From assembly GCA_027593235.1 (NCBI GenBank), contig JAQCIU010000009.1, positions 44,239 to 108,238 on the forward strand: a stretch of 64,000 nt of DNA, given 5' to 3'. The DNA is from Chloroflexota bacterium. Lineage in GTDB: Bacteria > Chloroflexota > Dehalococcoidia > UBA2979. Position 1 is the first letter of the stretch; every line of letters starts with the position of its first letter. The notes beneath the pieces are model-generated. The model was not told the origin of the DNA. It saw only the letters and a list, made by a program, of their open reading frames with translations, and ran no database searches. Positions 8,828-17,665 of this stretch are shown in pieces. The position numbers were made by a program, and so were the translations under genes.

Positions 8828-10324
8828 ATGGACGAACTCACCCACCTCGAAGCCGGCATGCCGATCGTCTACGGCGGCAACCGCGTCGCCCACGTCGACG
8901 CGGATCTGGCGAACGCCTTCTCCGAGGGCGATCGGCTGGTCGTCGTCCAAACAACCGGCGATCTGCTGCACATCCCCGCCGACGTCTGGCGGATCGCGCA
9001 GGACGCGGTCGGCGCCGCCTCGGACGCCTTCGCGCAGATGGGCTCCGTGACCGACGATCAGATCAGCGCATTCTTCGAGGCGTTCGCACGACGCCTCGAG
9101 GACGACGCCACCTTCGCCCCGATCGCCGCCGCTAACGCCGCCGACGTCGCCAGCGCACAGGCACGAGGTCGCACGACCACCCGCCTCGTGCTCAGCGCCG
9201 GCATGCGCGCCGACATGGTCTCCGGGCTCCGCATGTGGCGCGACGCTCCCGGCGGGAGCGGCGAGGTCGTCGAGGAGATCCAGCACGAAGGCTGGCGCAT
9301 CGAGCAGGTGCGCGCCGGGCTTGGCCCCGTCGGCTTCGTCTTTGAGGGCCGCCCCAACGTCTTCGCCGACGCCACCGGCGTGATGCGCAGCGGCAACACC
9401 GTCGTCTTCCGCATCGGCTCGGATGCCCTCGGAACCGCTCAGGCGATCGTCGAGCACGCGCTCGACCCCGCGCTCGCGGAGGCGGGCCTGCCCGCCGGCG
9501 CCGCATCGCTCGTTGCCAGCGCCTCGCGGGCAGCTGGCTGGGCGATGTTCTCGGACCCCCGTGTCGCCCTCGCGGTGGCGCGCGGCTCCGGCTTTGCCGT
9601 CGCTCAACTCGGCGCGGTCGCCCGTCAGGCCGGCCTGCCTGTCAGCCTGCACGGCACCGGCGGTGCCTGGATCGTCGGCGCAACCACGGCCGATGCCGCC
9701 AACTTCACCGCCGCCGTCGCCAACTCACTCGACCGCAAGACCTGCAACACCCTCAACACCTGCGCGATCGTCGCATCCCGCAAGGACGACCTCGTCCCTG
9801 CCTTCCTCGACGGCATCCGCCGCGTGCAGCAGCGCCAGGACGTCTGCGTGAAGCTCCACGTCGTCCAGGGCTTCGAAGACCTCATTCCTCGCGAGTGGTT
9901 CGCCGAACAGCCGATCGGCCGCGCCGAAGGCGACGTCGTCGAACCTCAAACCGAGCTGATCACCGCCGACCGCCTCGGCGAAGAATGGGAATGGGAAGCC
10001 AGTCCTGAGGTCACGCTCACGATCGTCCCGGACGTCGACACCGCCGTGCGCCTCTTCAACGAACAGAGCCCCCGGTTCGCCGCCTCGCTCATCTCCGAGG
10101 ATCGCGACGAGCACGAGCGCTTCTACAACCTGATCGACTCCCCCTTCATCGGCGACGGCATGACCCGCTGGGTCGACGGCCAGTACGCCCTCGGCCGCCC
10201 CGAACTCGGCCTCTCCAACTGGCAGTTCGGCCGCCTCTTCGGACGCGGCGGCGTCCTCTCAGGCGACTCCGTCTTCACCGTCCGCACCCGCGCCTTCCAG
10301 TCCGACCCGGACCTCGGTCGCTAG
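8828..10324 (+). CDS. glutamate-5-semialdehyde dehydrogenase-like (ProA/aldehyde dehydrogenase family) with N-terminal extension
   Basis: GFVFEGRPNV, LAVARGS, HGTGG, catalytic-position CNT, RWVDG, ELGLS. Confidence 0.75.
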   Translation: MDELTHLEAGMPIVYGGNRVAHVDADLANAFSEGDRLVVVQTTGDLLHIPADVWRIAQDAVGAASDAFAQMGSVTDDQISAFFEAFARRLEDDATFAPIAAANAADVASAQARGRTTTRLVLSAGMRADMVSGLRMWRDAPGGSGEVVEEIQHEGWRIEQVRAGLGPVGFVFEGRPNVFADATGVMRSGNTVVFRIGSDALGTAQAIVEHALDPALAEAGLPAGAASLVASASRAAGWAMFSDPRVALAVARGSGFAVAQLGAVARQAGLPVSLHGTGGAWIVGATTADAANFTAAVANSLDRKTCNTLNTCAIVASRKDDLVPAFLDGIRRVQQRQDVCVKLHVVQGFEDLIPREWFAEQPIGRAEGDVVEPQTELITADRLGEEWEWEASPEVTLTIVPDVDTAVRLFNEQSPRFAASLISEDRDEHERFYNLIDSPFIGDGMTRWVDGQYALGRPELGLSNWQFGRLFGRGGVLSGDSVFTVRTRAFQSDPDLGR

Positions 10325-10357
10325 GAACCCCCGGACCGCCCTCGCCGTTCTGCCTGT

Positions 10358-11758
10358 ATGCGCACTGCCCTCTACCTCGTCGTCGCTGTCTCGCTACTCG
10401 CCGTTACCGCCTGCACCTCGCATGACGGCGGCGACACGGCCACCGCAACCCCCACCAGCGCAATCGCCGACGCCGCCACTTCGACGGCCACAGCCACCGC
10501 CGTCCCGAGCACCTCGCCCTCACCGACCGTCCGCCCCGAACCGCGACGCGTCTCCCCCGGCGCCGATTACCCGACCGTCGGCCTCCGTCCGGACGGGCTC
10601 CCCGTCGCCGCCGAGGGCGCACTCGTGGTCTACGTAAAGGAGCTTCGAGGCGACTCCGCCGTCGAGGTAGTGATCTTCGACCTCTCCAGGGGCGAACGCC
10701 TGTCGTCGTTCTATCTGGAAGCGAACCAGCACTCCTCGGTGCAACTCGCGGGAAATCGAGTGATCGCCTCGTTCGGGAGCAAGATCTGGTCGTACGCCCT
10801 CGACGGCTCCGGCGGCGTCCTCCTCGATGACAAGCTGGTCACCTCCTACGTCCTGCCCTCCCCGGACGGCCGCTACCTCGTGGCCACCGGGTCAGACGAG
10901 GGTTACCCAACCTCGGTTTCTACCTTCGATCTCGAAAGCGGAAAGCGGCTCTTCCACGTCGACCTGCTCGATGAGTTCCCGGACTGGCAGGGCGAGCCGC
11001 ACCCCGTCCGATGGCTCACCACTGACACCGTCCTCATCGGCGGACTCTGCCATTGCGACGGCCCGGGCGGCGGATTCTTCGACGTCGTCGTCTCGGCGGG
11101 TGGAGGGGCCACCCGCGCCCCCGCCGACCTCCCACCTCCCGCGCCACGATCCGCCGTCATTACAGACCAGTTCGCACCCGGGTGTCAGCTCGTGGGCTAC
11201 GCCGGTGGCCGGACGATCGCGCTCGTCGATGCCGCACGAGGCGATGTCCTCGCCGAGGCACGCGCGTCTGCGCCAGTCTTCCTGAGCTACGAGCTGTCGC
11301 CCGATGGAACCGAGGTGCTGGTCGTCAGCCTCGACGCCGATCAGCCGCTGCGCGATCGACTCAACGAGCTGCTCGCCTCGGGCCGCTGCAGCGACGATGG
11401 CGGCATCGACTGGTCGACCACGGGTCGCACGCTCGGCCTGCTCCGCGCGGGGGGCGATGCACTCGAGGTCGTCGATTCACGGCTCGCGGTACTCGACCGC
11501 TGGTACCCCGACCAGCTCCCCGTCTTCGTCTGCGACGGCGAGGAGCGCGCGGGCGCGAACACCACCCCCTGGCTCCACCCCGCGCTCTGGCGCAGCCCGG
11601 TCGGCTTCGGCACCCCGTGGGGCTTCACCTCCGAGGCCTGCCAGGACAACCGCACCACAGTCATCGATATGCGCGTCGGCACGACCGTCGTCGACACCGC
11701 CGCCGAGGGCTATCGCGTGCTGGCCTTCCTCGACTCGACCCGCACCTCCGAGAACTAA
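10358..11758 (+). CDS. lipoprotein, beta-propeller (TolB/WD40-like)
   Basis: Lipobox VTAC, Thr/Pro linker, SPDG repeats. Confidence 0.65.
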   Translation: MRTALYLVVAVSLLAVTACTSHDGGDTATATPTSAIADAATSTATATAVPSTSPSPTVRPEPRRVSPGADYPTVGLRPDGLPVAAEGALVVYVKELRGDSAVEVVIFDLSRGERLSSFYLEANQHSSVQLAGNRVIASFGSKIWSYALDGSGGVLLDDKLVTSYVLPSPDGRYLVATGSDEGYPTSVSTFDLESGKRLFHVDLLDEFPDWQGEPHPVRWLTTDTVLIGGLCHCDGPGGGFFDVVVSAGGGATRAPADLPPPAPRSAVITDQFAPGCQLVGYAGGRTIALVDAARGDVLAEARASAPVFLSYELSPDGTEVLVVSLDADQPLRDRLNELLASGRCSDDGGIDWSTTGRTLGLLRAGGDALEVVDSRLAVLDRWYPDQLPVFVCDGEERAGANTTPWLHPALWRSPVGFGTPWGFTSEACQDNRTTVIDMRVGTTVVDTAAEGYRVLAFLDSTRTSEN

Positions 11759-13023
11759 ACCACCCCCTGCGCCCGGAGCTGCGCCACCTCGTCCGGCGCA
11801 AACCCCGACTCCTCGAGGATCGCGTCCGCATGCTCCCCGAGCAGCGGCGCCCGCCGCTGGATCTGCCACGGGCTCCCGTGGAAGAGATACGGCGCCCCCG
11901 GATAGGTGAACGATCGACCGAGGTCCGGGTGTGGCACCTCCGTCGGGAAACGGCGCGCCTTGAAGTGACGGTCCTCCATCACCTCCTCCGGCGAATAAAT
12001 GATCCCCACCTGAAACCCGCGCTGTTGCGCCCCCTCGAAGAACTCGTACGCGGACATGTTCTGGGCGAGCAACACCATCGCGTCGCGCCCCGCCTGGAAC
12101 ATCTCCCGGATCGCCGGATCCGTCGCGATCTTCGACAGGTCGAGGATACCGTGCGACTTCCCCATCTCCAGCAGCGGCGTCGCCGGGAACTGCTCGTCGA
12201 GCCCCCGCTCTGCCAGCCACTGCAGCACCATCTCGTAATCGCGCCCGCGGCGCGCCGGCACGCCCGTGTTCACCCAGCGCCCGTCACCGCACTGCACCTG
12301 CGACGGCGCCGAGGGGTTCACGCCCGCGTGCCGCCCCGTCTGCCGCTGCACCGTCTCCTCCGCGACCAGCCACGAGTAGCTCCCCGCCTCGGTCGTCACG
12401 TTCTGCGCGGCGTGCATGTCGACGTCGATGTGCTGCCCCGCGCCGGTCACGTCCCGGCTCACGAGGGCGACCAGCGCCGCCATCACCGCGTAGTGACAGC
12501 CCGTCTGGTAGCCCTGGTTGCCACCACCCCGCACCGGCGGCAGCGAGTGATCGTCATAGCCGCAGCTCCACGCGGGCCCGCCGCCGGCCAGCAGCGTCAG
12601 GTCCGTCGCCAGCTCGTGCTCGCGCGGCCCACCGCGCATGAACGGCGCCATCGAGACGCTGATCAGCTCCGGGTGCCCGGCGCGCAGCGACAGCGCGTCG
12701 ATCCCCAGCGCCTCCAGCCGCCCAGCGTCCTCGCTCTCAAGGAACACATCCGCCGTCGCCACCAGCCGCCGCAACGCCCCGCGCCCCGCGTCGGTCTCGA
12801 GGTCGATCGTGATCCCGCGCTTGCTCGTGTTGTAGTGCCAGAAATAGAGGCTGCGCTCGTCGCCCGGCTCGTCATCGAGGAACGGCTCGTAGCCCCGCGT
12901 CGCGTCGCCGCCCGGCGGCTCAACGAGGATCACGTCGGCGCCCATGTCCGCGAGCAGCTTCCCCGCGAACGCGATCCGGTCGTTCGCCAGCTCGATCACG
13001 CGCAGATCGCTGAGGGCGGTCAT
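11755..13023 (-). CDS. CaiB/BaiF family III CoA-transferase (BbsE-like subunit)
   Basis: LSDLRVIEL, LADMGADVILVEPPGGD, NTSKRGITIDL, APLLGEH. Confidence 0.9.
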   Translation of the reverse strand: MTALSDLRVIELANDRIAFAGKLLADMGADVILVEPPGGDATRGYEPFLDDEPGDERSLYFWHYNTSKRGITIDLETDAGRGALRRLVATADVFLESEDAGRLEALGIDALSLRAGHPELISVSMAPFMRGGPREHELATDLTLLAGGGPAWSCGYDDHSLPPVRGGGNQGYQTGCHYAVMAALVALVSRDVTGAGQHIDVDMHAAQNVTTEAGSYSWLVAEETVQRQTGRHAGVNPSAPSQVQCGDGRWVNTGVPARRGRDYEMVLQWLAERGLDEQFPATPLLEMGKSHGILDLSKIATDPAIREMFQAGRDAMVLLAQNMSAYEFFEGAQQRGFQVGIIYSPEEVMEDRHFKARRFPTEVPHPDLGRSFTYPGAPYLFHGSPWQIQRRAPLLGEHADAILEESGFAPDEVAQLRAQGVV

Positions 13024-14267
13024 ACGACCCCCTCCTCATGCAGTGAGACAAGCTCGGCCGCGCTGACCCCGAGCAGCTCGCCGAAGACGTAGTCGTTGTG
13101 CTCGCCGAGGCACGGCGCGCCGCGCTCGAGCTTCCAGTCCGTCTCGGAGAGGTGCACCGGCATCCCATCCACCCGTACATCCCCCATCTCCGTCTGCTTC
13201 ACCGTCGGCCACAGCCCCCACGCCGCCGTGTCGCCGTCGTGGTCGACGCGCTCCCCCGGCCGCTGCACCGCCGTCGCCGGCACCCCCGCCGCCTGCAACC
13301 GGCTCGCGAGGTCAAAGCGCTCCTGGTGCCGCGTCCAGTCCGTGATCCGCCGATCGAGGTCGTCCTCGTTCGCCAGCCGGTCCGCCAGCGTCGCGAACCG
13401 CGCGTCGTCCGCCCACGCGGTCCCGGCCACGCCGCAGAGCGCCTGCCAGTCCTGCTCGTTGCGGCACGAAATCCCGATCCAGTTGTCGTCGCCCTCGGTC
13501 TCGTAGATCCCGTGCGGCGTCATCGCCGGGAACTGGTTCCGGTTGGAGTTCGGGCTCCCCTCCCGGCGCAGCCCGCGCCCGTTGACGGTGTAATCGAGGA
13601 GTGCCGGTCCGTTGAGGCTCGCCCCCGCCTCGGTACAGCTCATGTCCACCCACTGCCCCTCGCCGGTCACGTTGCGGTGGTGCACCGCCATCAGGATCGC
13701 CATCGCCATGTAGTAGGCGCCCGTGTGATCCATGTAGCTGTAGCCCCAGCCCGCCGAGGGCTGCCCCGGAAGCCCGGAGGAGAACGTCAGCCCGGAGACC
13801 GCCTGCACCACCGGCCCCCACGTCTTGTAGTTCACGTACGGACCGGAGTGCCCAAACCCGCAGTTGGAGACGTAGATCACGTCGTCCTTCAGCGCCCGCA
13901 GCTCCTCGTAGCTCAGCCCCAGCCGTTCGAACACCCCGGCCGCGAAGTTCTCGCTCACCACGTCCGAGATCTTGATCAGCTCGTGCAGCAGCTCCTTCCC
14001 GCGCGTGGTGCGCAGGTTGAGCGTGATCCCCAGCTTCTCCACGTTGTGGTTGTTGAACGACCCGCCGAGGTTGATCCCGCGCCGCTCATCCTTGAACGGC
14101 TGCCCGCCGCGCAGGATGTCCCAGCGTCCCTCGTTCGTCGGATCCTCAATTCGGATCACCTGCGCGCCAAACGCCGCCAGGAACTTCGTCGCGCCCGCAC
14201 CGGCAAGCTGGCCGGTGAAATCGCAGATCCGCAGCTGCCCCAACGCCGTGCCATCGGACTCACGCAT
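13020..14267 (-). CDS. CaiB/BaiF family III CoA-transferase (BbsF-like subunit)
   Basis: LAAFGAQVIRIE, ENFAAG, GFGHSGP, YMDH catalytic Asp, APCLGEH; ATGA overlap with next gene. Confidence 0.9.
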   Translation of the reverse strand: MRESDGTALGQLRICDFTGQLAGAGATKFLAAFGAQVIRIEDPTNEGRWDILRGGQPFKDERRGINLGGSFNNHNVEKLGITLNLRTTRGKELLHELIKISDVVSENFAAGVFERLGLSYEELRALKDDVIYVSNCGFGHSGPYVNYKTWGPVVQAVSGLTFSSGLPGQPSAGWGYSYMDHTGAYYMAMAILMAVHHRNVTGEGQWVDMSCTEAGASLNGPALLDYTVNGRGLRREGSPNSNRNQFPAMTPHGIYETEGDDNWIGISCRNEQDWQALCGVAGTAWADDARFATLADRLANEDDLDRRITDWTRHQERFDLASRLQAAGVPATAVQRPGERVDHDGDTAAWGLWPTVKQTEMGDVRVDGMPVHLSETDWKLERGAPCLGEHNDYVFGELLGVSAAELVSLHEEGVV

Positions 14268-14407
14268 CGTCTCGCCTCTCTCGTACGCGGCGGAGCATAT
14301 CTCGAACGCCGTTTGAATCACGAACGCAATCCGATTGCGAGCCCACCGGGGCGCGCCTACGCTGCGGTCGCCCCGGTGGCACCGCCGCCCGGGGCCAGGA
14401 GGCCCAC

Positions 14408-15532
14408 ATGACCACCGCCACGTCCCCGCTCACCAGCCGCATCGCCGCCGCCGCCGACGACTTCCTCGAAATGCTCGAGCCCGAGCAACTCGAGGCCGCG
14501 ACGTTCGCCTTCGCCAACGAGGACGAGCGCACGCGCTTCTTCTACACCCCAACCGATCACGGCGGCATCGAGTTCGTCGACATGTGGCCGCAGCAACACG
14601 CCGCCGCCATGCGCCTGCTCGCCGCCACCCTCAGCCCCGGTGCCTACTCCACCGCCGCGACGATCATGGGCCTCGAGAACGTGCTCGCCGGCCTCGAGGG
14701 CTTCGTCGACTTCGACCACGACGCGGACGAGGTCCGCACGAGGAACCCGAACCGCTACCACGTCTCCGTCTTCGGCACGCCCGGCGAAGAGCCGTGGGGC
14801 TGGCGCTTCGGTGGGCACCACGTCTCGGTCAGCCTGCTCGCCGCCAACGGCGAGGTCCGCCTGCTCCCCAGCTTCCTCGGCGCCAACCCCGCCAGTTACG
14901 ACGGCGTCGGCGCGAACCACATCCGCCCGCTCGCCGCCGAGGAGGATCTCGGCCGTGAGCTGGTCCACCTGCTCAACGAGGAGCAGCTCGCGACCGCCCT
15001 CCTCTCGCCCACCGCGCCACCGGACCTGGTGACGATCAACAGCTCGCGGCTCGCGACGCCAACTCGTACCGAGGCGGCGCCGTGGAAAATCTGGCGGAGC
15101 CGTACCGCGGACGACTTCACCGAGGGCGCGCTCAGCGCCGTGCGGACCGCGGTCGATCGCCTCGGCGAGGAGCACCTCGCCGCCCTCGAATACACCGCCG
15201 AACCGAAGGGGATCCGCGCCAACGCCCTCGACTCCGGCCAGCGCGTCGCGCTCGCCGCGCTCCTCCGTCAGTACATCGCGCGCATGCCCGACGAACTCGC
15301 CGCGACAGAGTTGGCACGCATCGAGGGCATCGATGACGCCGCGATGACCTTCGCCTGGGCTGGTGGCCTCGAGCGCGGCCAAGGCCACTACTACCGCATC
15401 CAGGGACCCGGCCTCCTCGTCGAGTACGACAACACCCAGAACGACGCCAACCACATCCACGCCGTCTGGCGCGATCCGGAGCGCGACTTCGGCCGCGATC
15501 TCCTCGCGGAGCACTACTCCGCGGCGCACTGA
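14408..15532 (+). CDS. DUF3500 domain protein
   Basis: WGWRFGGHH, PSFLGANP, FAWAG, YYRIQGP, NHIHAVWRD...DFG. Confidence 0.85.
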   Translation: MTTATSPLTSRIAAAADDFLEMLEPEQLEAATFAFANEDERTRFFYTPTDHGGIEFVDMWPQQHAAAMRLLAATLSPGAYSTAATIMGLENVLAGLEGFVDFDHDADEVRTRNPNRYHVSVFGTPGEEPWGWRFGGHHVSVSLLAANGEVRLLPSFLGANPASYDGVGANHIRPLAAEEDLGRELVHLLNEEQLATALLSPTAPPDLVTINSSRLATPTRTEAAPWKIWRSRTADDFTEGALSAVRTAVDRLGEEHLAALEYTAEPKGIRANALDSGQRVALAALLRQYIARMPDELAATELARIEGIDDAAMTFAWAGGLERGQGHYYRIQGPGLLVEYDNTQNDANHIHAVWRDPERDFGRDLLAEHYSAAH

Positions 15533-15555
15533 TGCCTGCGAGGGCCGGAGCACCG

Positions 15556-15981
15556 ATGAAGCGCCCGCTCGCACATCGCCTGGACGTGCTCTTTCGCCTG
15601 CACGCGGACCTCGCCGCGACGCTCCCCGCGGAGACGCTCGCCTCCCACCTCGGCACGCTGCGTTCCAACACCATCGGCCAGCAGCTCTGGTGCGTCGTCG
15701 GTGGCCGCGAATCGTGGGCGAAAGCCATCCCCGCCGGCGCGTGGCAGGGCTTCGCCTGCTCACTCGACGAGCCGCACGACCCCGCGAGGGTGCGCGCCGC
15801 CCTCGAGGCCGGCGCCGCCCAGGTCCGCGCCGTGCTCGACGCCGAACGCTCCGACGCCGGTGAAACCCAGGCGCTCGGACTCCTCGAACACGAGGCCGGC
15901 CACGCCGGCCAGCTCCTGCGCTACGTCCTCGGCCTGGAGCTGCCGCTACCGAAAAGCTGGCAGGCCTACTTCGGCGTCTAA
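15556..15981 (+). CDS. hypothetical DinB-like protein
   Basis: RBS GGAG; SNTIGQQLWCVVGGRES, HEAGHAGQ DinB-like His motif. Confidence 0.65.
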   Translation: MKRPLAHRLDVLFRLHADLAATLPAETLASHLGTLRSNTIGQQLWCVVGGRESWAKAIPAGAWQGFACSLDEPHDPARVRAALEAGAAQVRAVLDAERSDAGETQALGLLEHEAGHAGQLLRYVLGLELPLPKSWQAYFGV

Positions 15982-16024
15982 CGCCGCTCCCCGAGGGCTA
16001 CAGGTCCGGAGCCGCCCTCGAGGG

Positions 16025-16441
16025 CTACGGGTCGAGGTTGACCAGCTCGCCCGCCACGAAGTCCAGCTTGCGGTAGTAGCAATTCCGCGCCTCGCCGGCC
16101 TCGTTCTTCGTGTGACAGATCCCGCCCGCGTTCGGACGCACCAGGTACAGCAACGAGTTCTGCTCGCAGTTCACCCGCACCTCCAGCAGATCGAACGTCT
16201 CGCCGGAGGTCTTGCCCTTCTCCCACAGCTCGTTGCGGGAGGTGCTCCAGAACACCGCGGACCGCGTCTCAATCGCCTTGTCCAGCGCCTGCTGGTTCAC
16301 GTACGCGACCAGGATCAGCTCCTGCGTGTCCGCGTTTTGCACCGCGCACGGCAGCACCTGGTTCGCTGGATCGATCGTCGCCAGCTTGTTGAAGTCCAGC
16401 GCGACCGCCGCGCCCTCTTCCAGTGCGTTGCTGCTGGTCAT
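16025..16441 (-). CDS. hisI: phosphoribosyl-AMP cyclohydrolase
   Basis: FWSTSRNELWEKGKTSG, NCEQNSLL, ICHT, CYY; variant of the HisI DCD.D / CH / CF motifs. Confidence 0.9.
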   Translation of the reverse strand: MTSSNALEEGAAVALDFNKLATIDPANQVLPCAVQNADTQELILVAYVNQQALDKAIETRSAVFWSTSRNELWEKGKTSGETFDLLEVRVNCEQNSLLYLVRPNAGGICHTKNEAGEARNCYYRKLDFVAGELVNLDP

Positions 16442-16468
16442 CTCGATCCCCCGGGTCGCTGCGAACGG

Positions 16469-16495
16469 AAAAATGAGGGGCCTCGCAGCCCCTCA
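16469..16495 (-). terminator. intrinsic terminator after MaoC pair
   Basis: Minus strand TGAGGGGC-tgcgag-GCCCCTCA followed by TTTTT. Confidence 0.7.
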
Positions 16496-16524
16496 CCATT
16501 CTGGGAGTCGAATCGGGTCTGTGA

Positions 16525-16956
16525 CTACCCGCGCGAAGGCACCACCACGATCGCCTTACCGGGCGCACCCTGCAGGCCGTCCTGGTTCACCACGTTTACG
16601 TCCAGGTACACGCGGTGCTCGCCGTCCTCCACCTTCTTCTCGGTGACCACGGCCTGTGTCGTCAGCGTGTCGTGCTTCTGGTTGATCGCGCGGAACTGCA
16701 TCGACAGATCGCGGACCTCGGCCTCGTCACCGATCCAGGCCTGCAGCGCGTTCATCACGTACGCCCAGCGCAGGTTGCCCATCCCGAACGCCTCGCCCTG
16801 GCCGGCCGCCTTGGCGACCGCGTCGTCCATGTGCAGGTACACGAACTCATCGTTCACCGCCGCGTAACGGTTCCAGTTCATAAAATCGGTCTCGCGGACG
16901 ACCGGCGGAACCTCTTGCCCGACCTCGACGTCCTCGAAGTACACGTTGATTGCCAT
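16525..16956 (-). CDS. MaoC family dehydratase
   Basis: YFEDVEVG, YAAVNDEFVYLHMD, hot-dog fold. Confidence 0.85.
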   Translation of the reverse strand: MAINVYFEDVEVGQEVPPVVRETDFMNWNRYAAVNDEFVYLHMDDAVAKAAGQGEAFGMGNLRWAYVMNALQAWIGDEAEVRDLSMQFRAINQKHDTLTTQAVVTEKKVEDGEHRVYLDVNVVNQDGLQGAPGKAIVVVPSRG

Positions 16957-16981
16957 CAGACTTCCCTTCCTTCGAGGCCGG

Positions 16982-17485
16982 TTAGTAGCGCACGCCGGTC
17001 GAGATGCGGCGCTTCACGAGTTGGCCGTTCTGGTTATGCCACTCTGTCTCCGTGAACGTGAAGATCGTCAGCCCGTGACGCCCCTCGCGCTCGTTCCAGT
17101 CCGACAGACGGGTCTTCGAGGTGATCACGTCGCCTGCCCGGATCGGCGCAAAGAACGTGTCCTGCTGACCGCCGTTCAGGATGTTCTCGCCCTTCTTCGG
17201 CGTCTGCCCGGGCACCGGCCCGGCGGACGCGCGCGCCGGGCGGTCGACTGGCCACGTGAACGGGTTGAAGTCGCGAGGCGCGATGATGCTGCCCCACGTC
17301 GTGCCCGCCGCGTACTCCTCGTCCCAGAAGATCTGCGGCGGCTTCTCCGGCCAGTACGTCGCGATCGCCCACTTTCGAATGTCCGAGGCGGTCACCGGGT
17401 ACGAGGTCGTCTCGGCCCCCCAGACGCCCTTGGCATCGATCATGTCCTGCGTGACGAGTGTCGTTGGCTGTTCGGTCGTGGTCAT
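16982..17485 (-). CDS. MaoC/FAS1-like dehydratase N-terminal domain protein (partner subunit)
   Basis: DIRKWAIA, DEEYA...WGSIIAP, LNGG, PIRAGDVIT, NQNGQLV. Confidence 0.85.
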   Translation of the reverse strand: MTTTEQPTTLVTQDMIDAKGVWGAETTSYPVTASDIRKWAIATYWPEKPPQIFWDEEYAAGTTWGSIIAPRDFNPFTWPVDRPARASAGPVPGQTPKKGENILNGGQQDTFFAPIRAGDVITSKTRLSDWNEREGRHGLTIFTFTETEWHNQNGQLVKRRISTGVRY

Positions 17486-17665
17486 CGCTTACCCTCCGCG
17501 AGTGCTCTCAGCGCGCACGATACTACGCAGAACCAAACATGAGTAGAAACCGCGGGCCGAAGCCCGCCGTCCCCCACCCTCATAGACGCGTGAGGAGCGC
17601 TTCCCGGATAATGGGGGGCACGCCAGCTTCCTATACGGAGGCTTGACGAGAGCGGAACCTGAATC

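Noticed and set aside
11053-13092. Long alternative ORFs (e.g. 11053..13092, 34940..36898, 50158..52152)
   Set aside because: Arg/Pro-rich or antisense shadows of well-supported genes, typical of high-GC DNA
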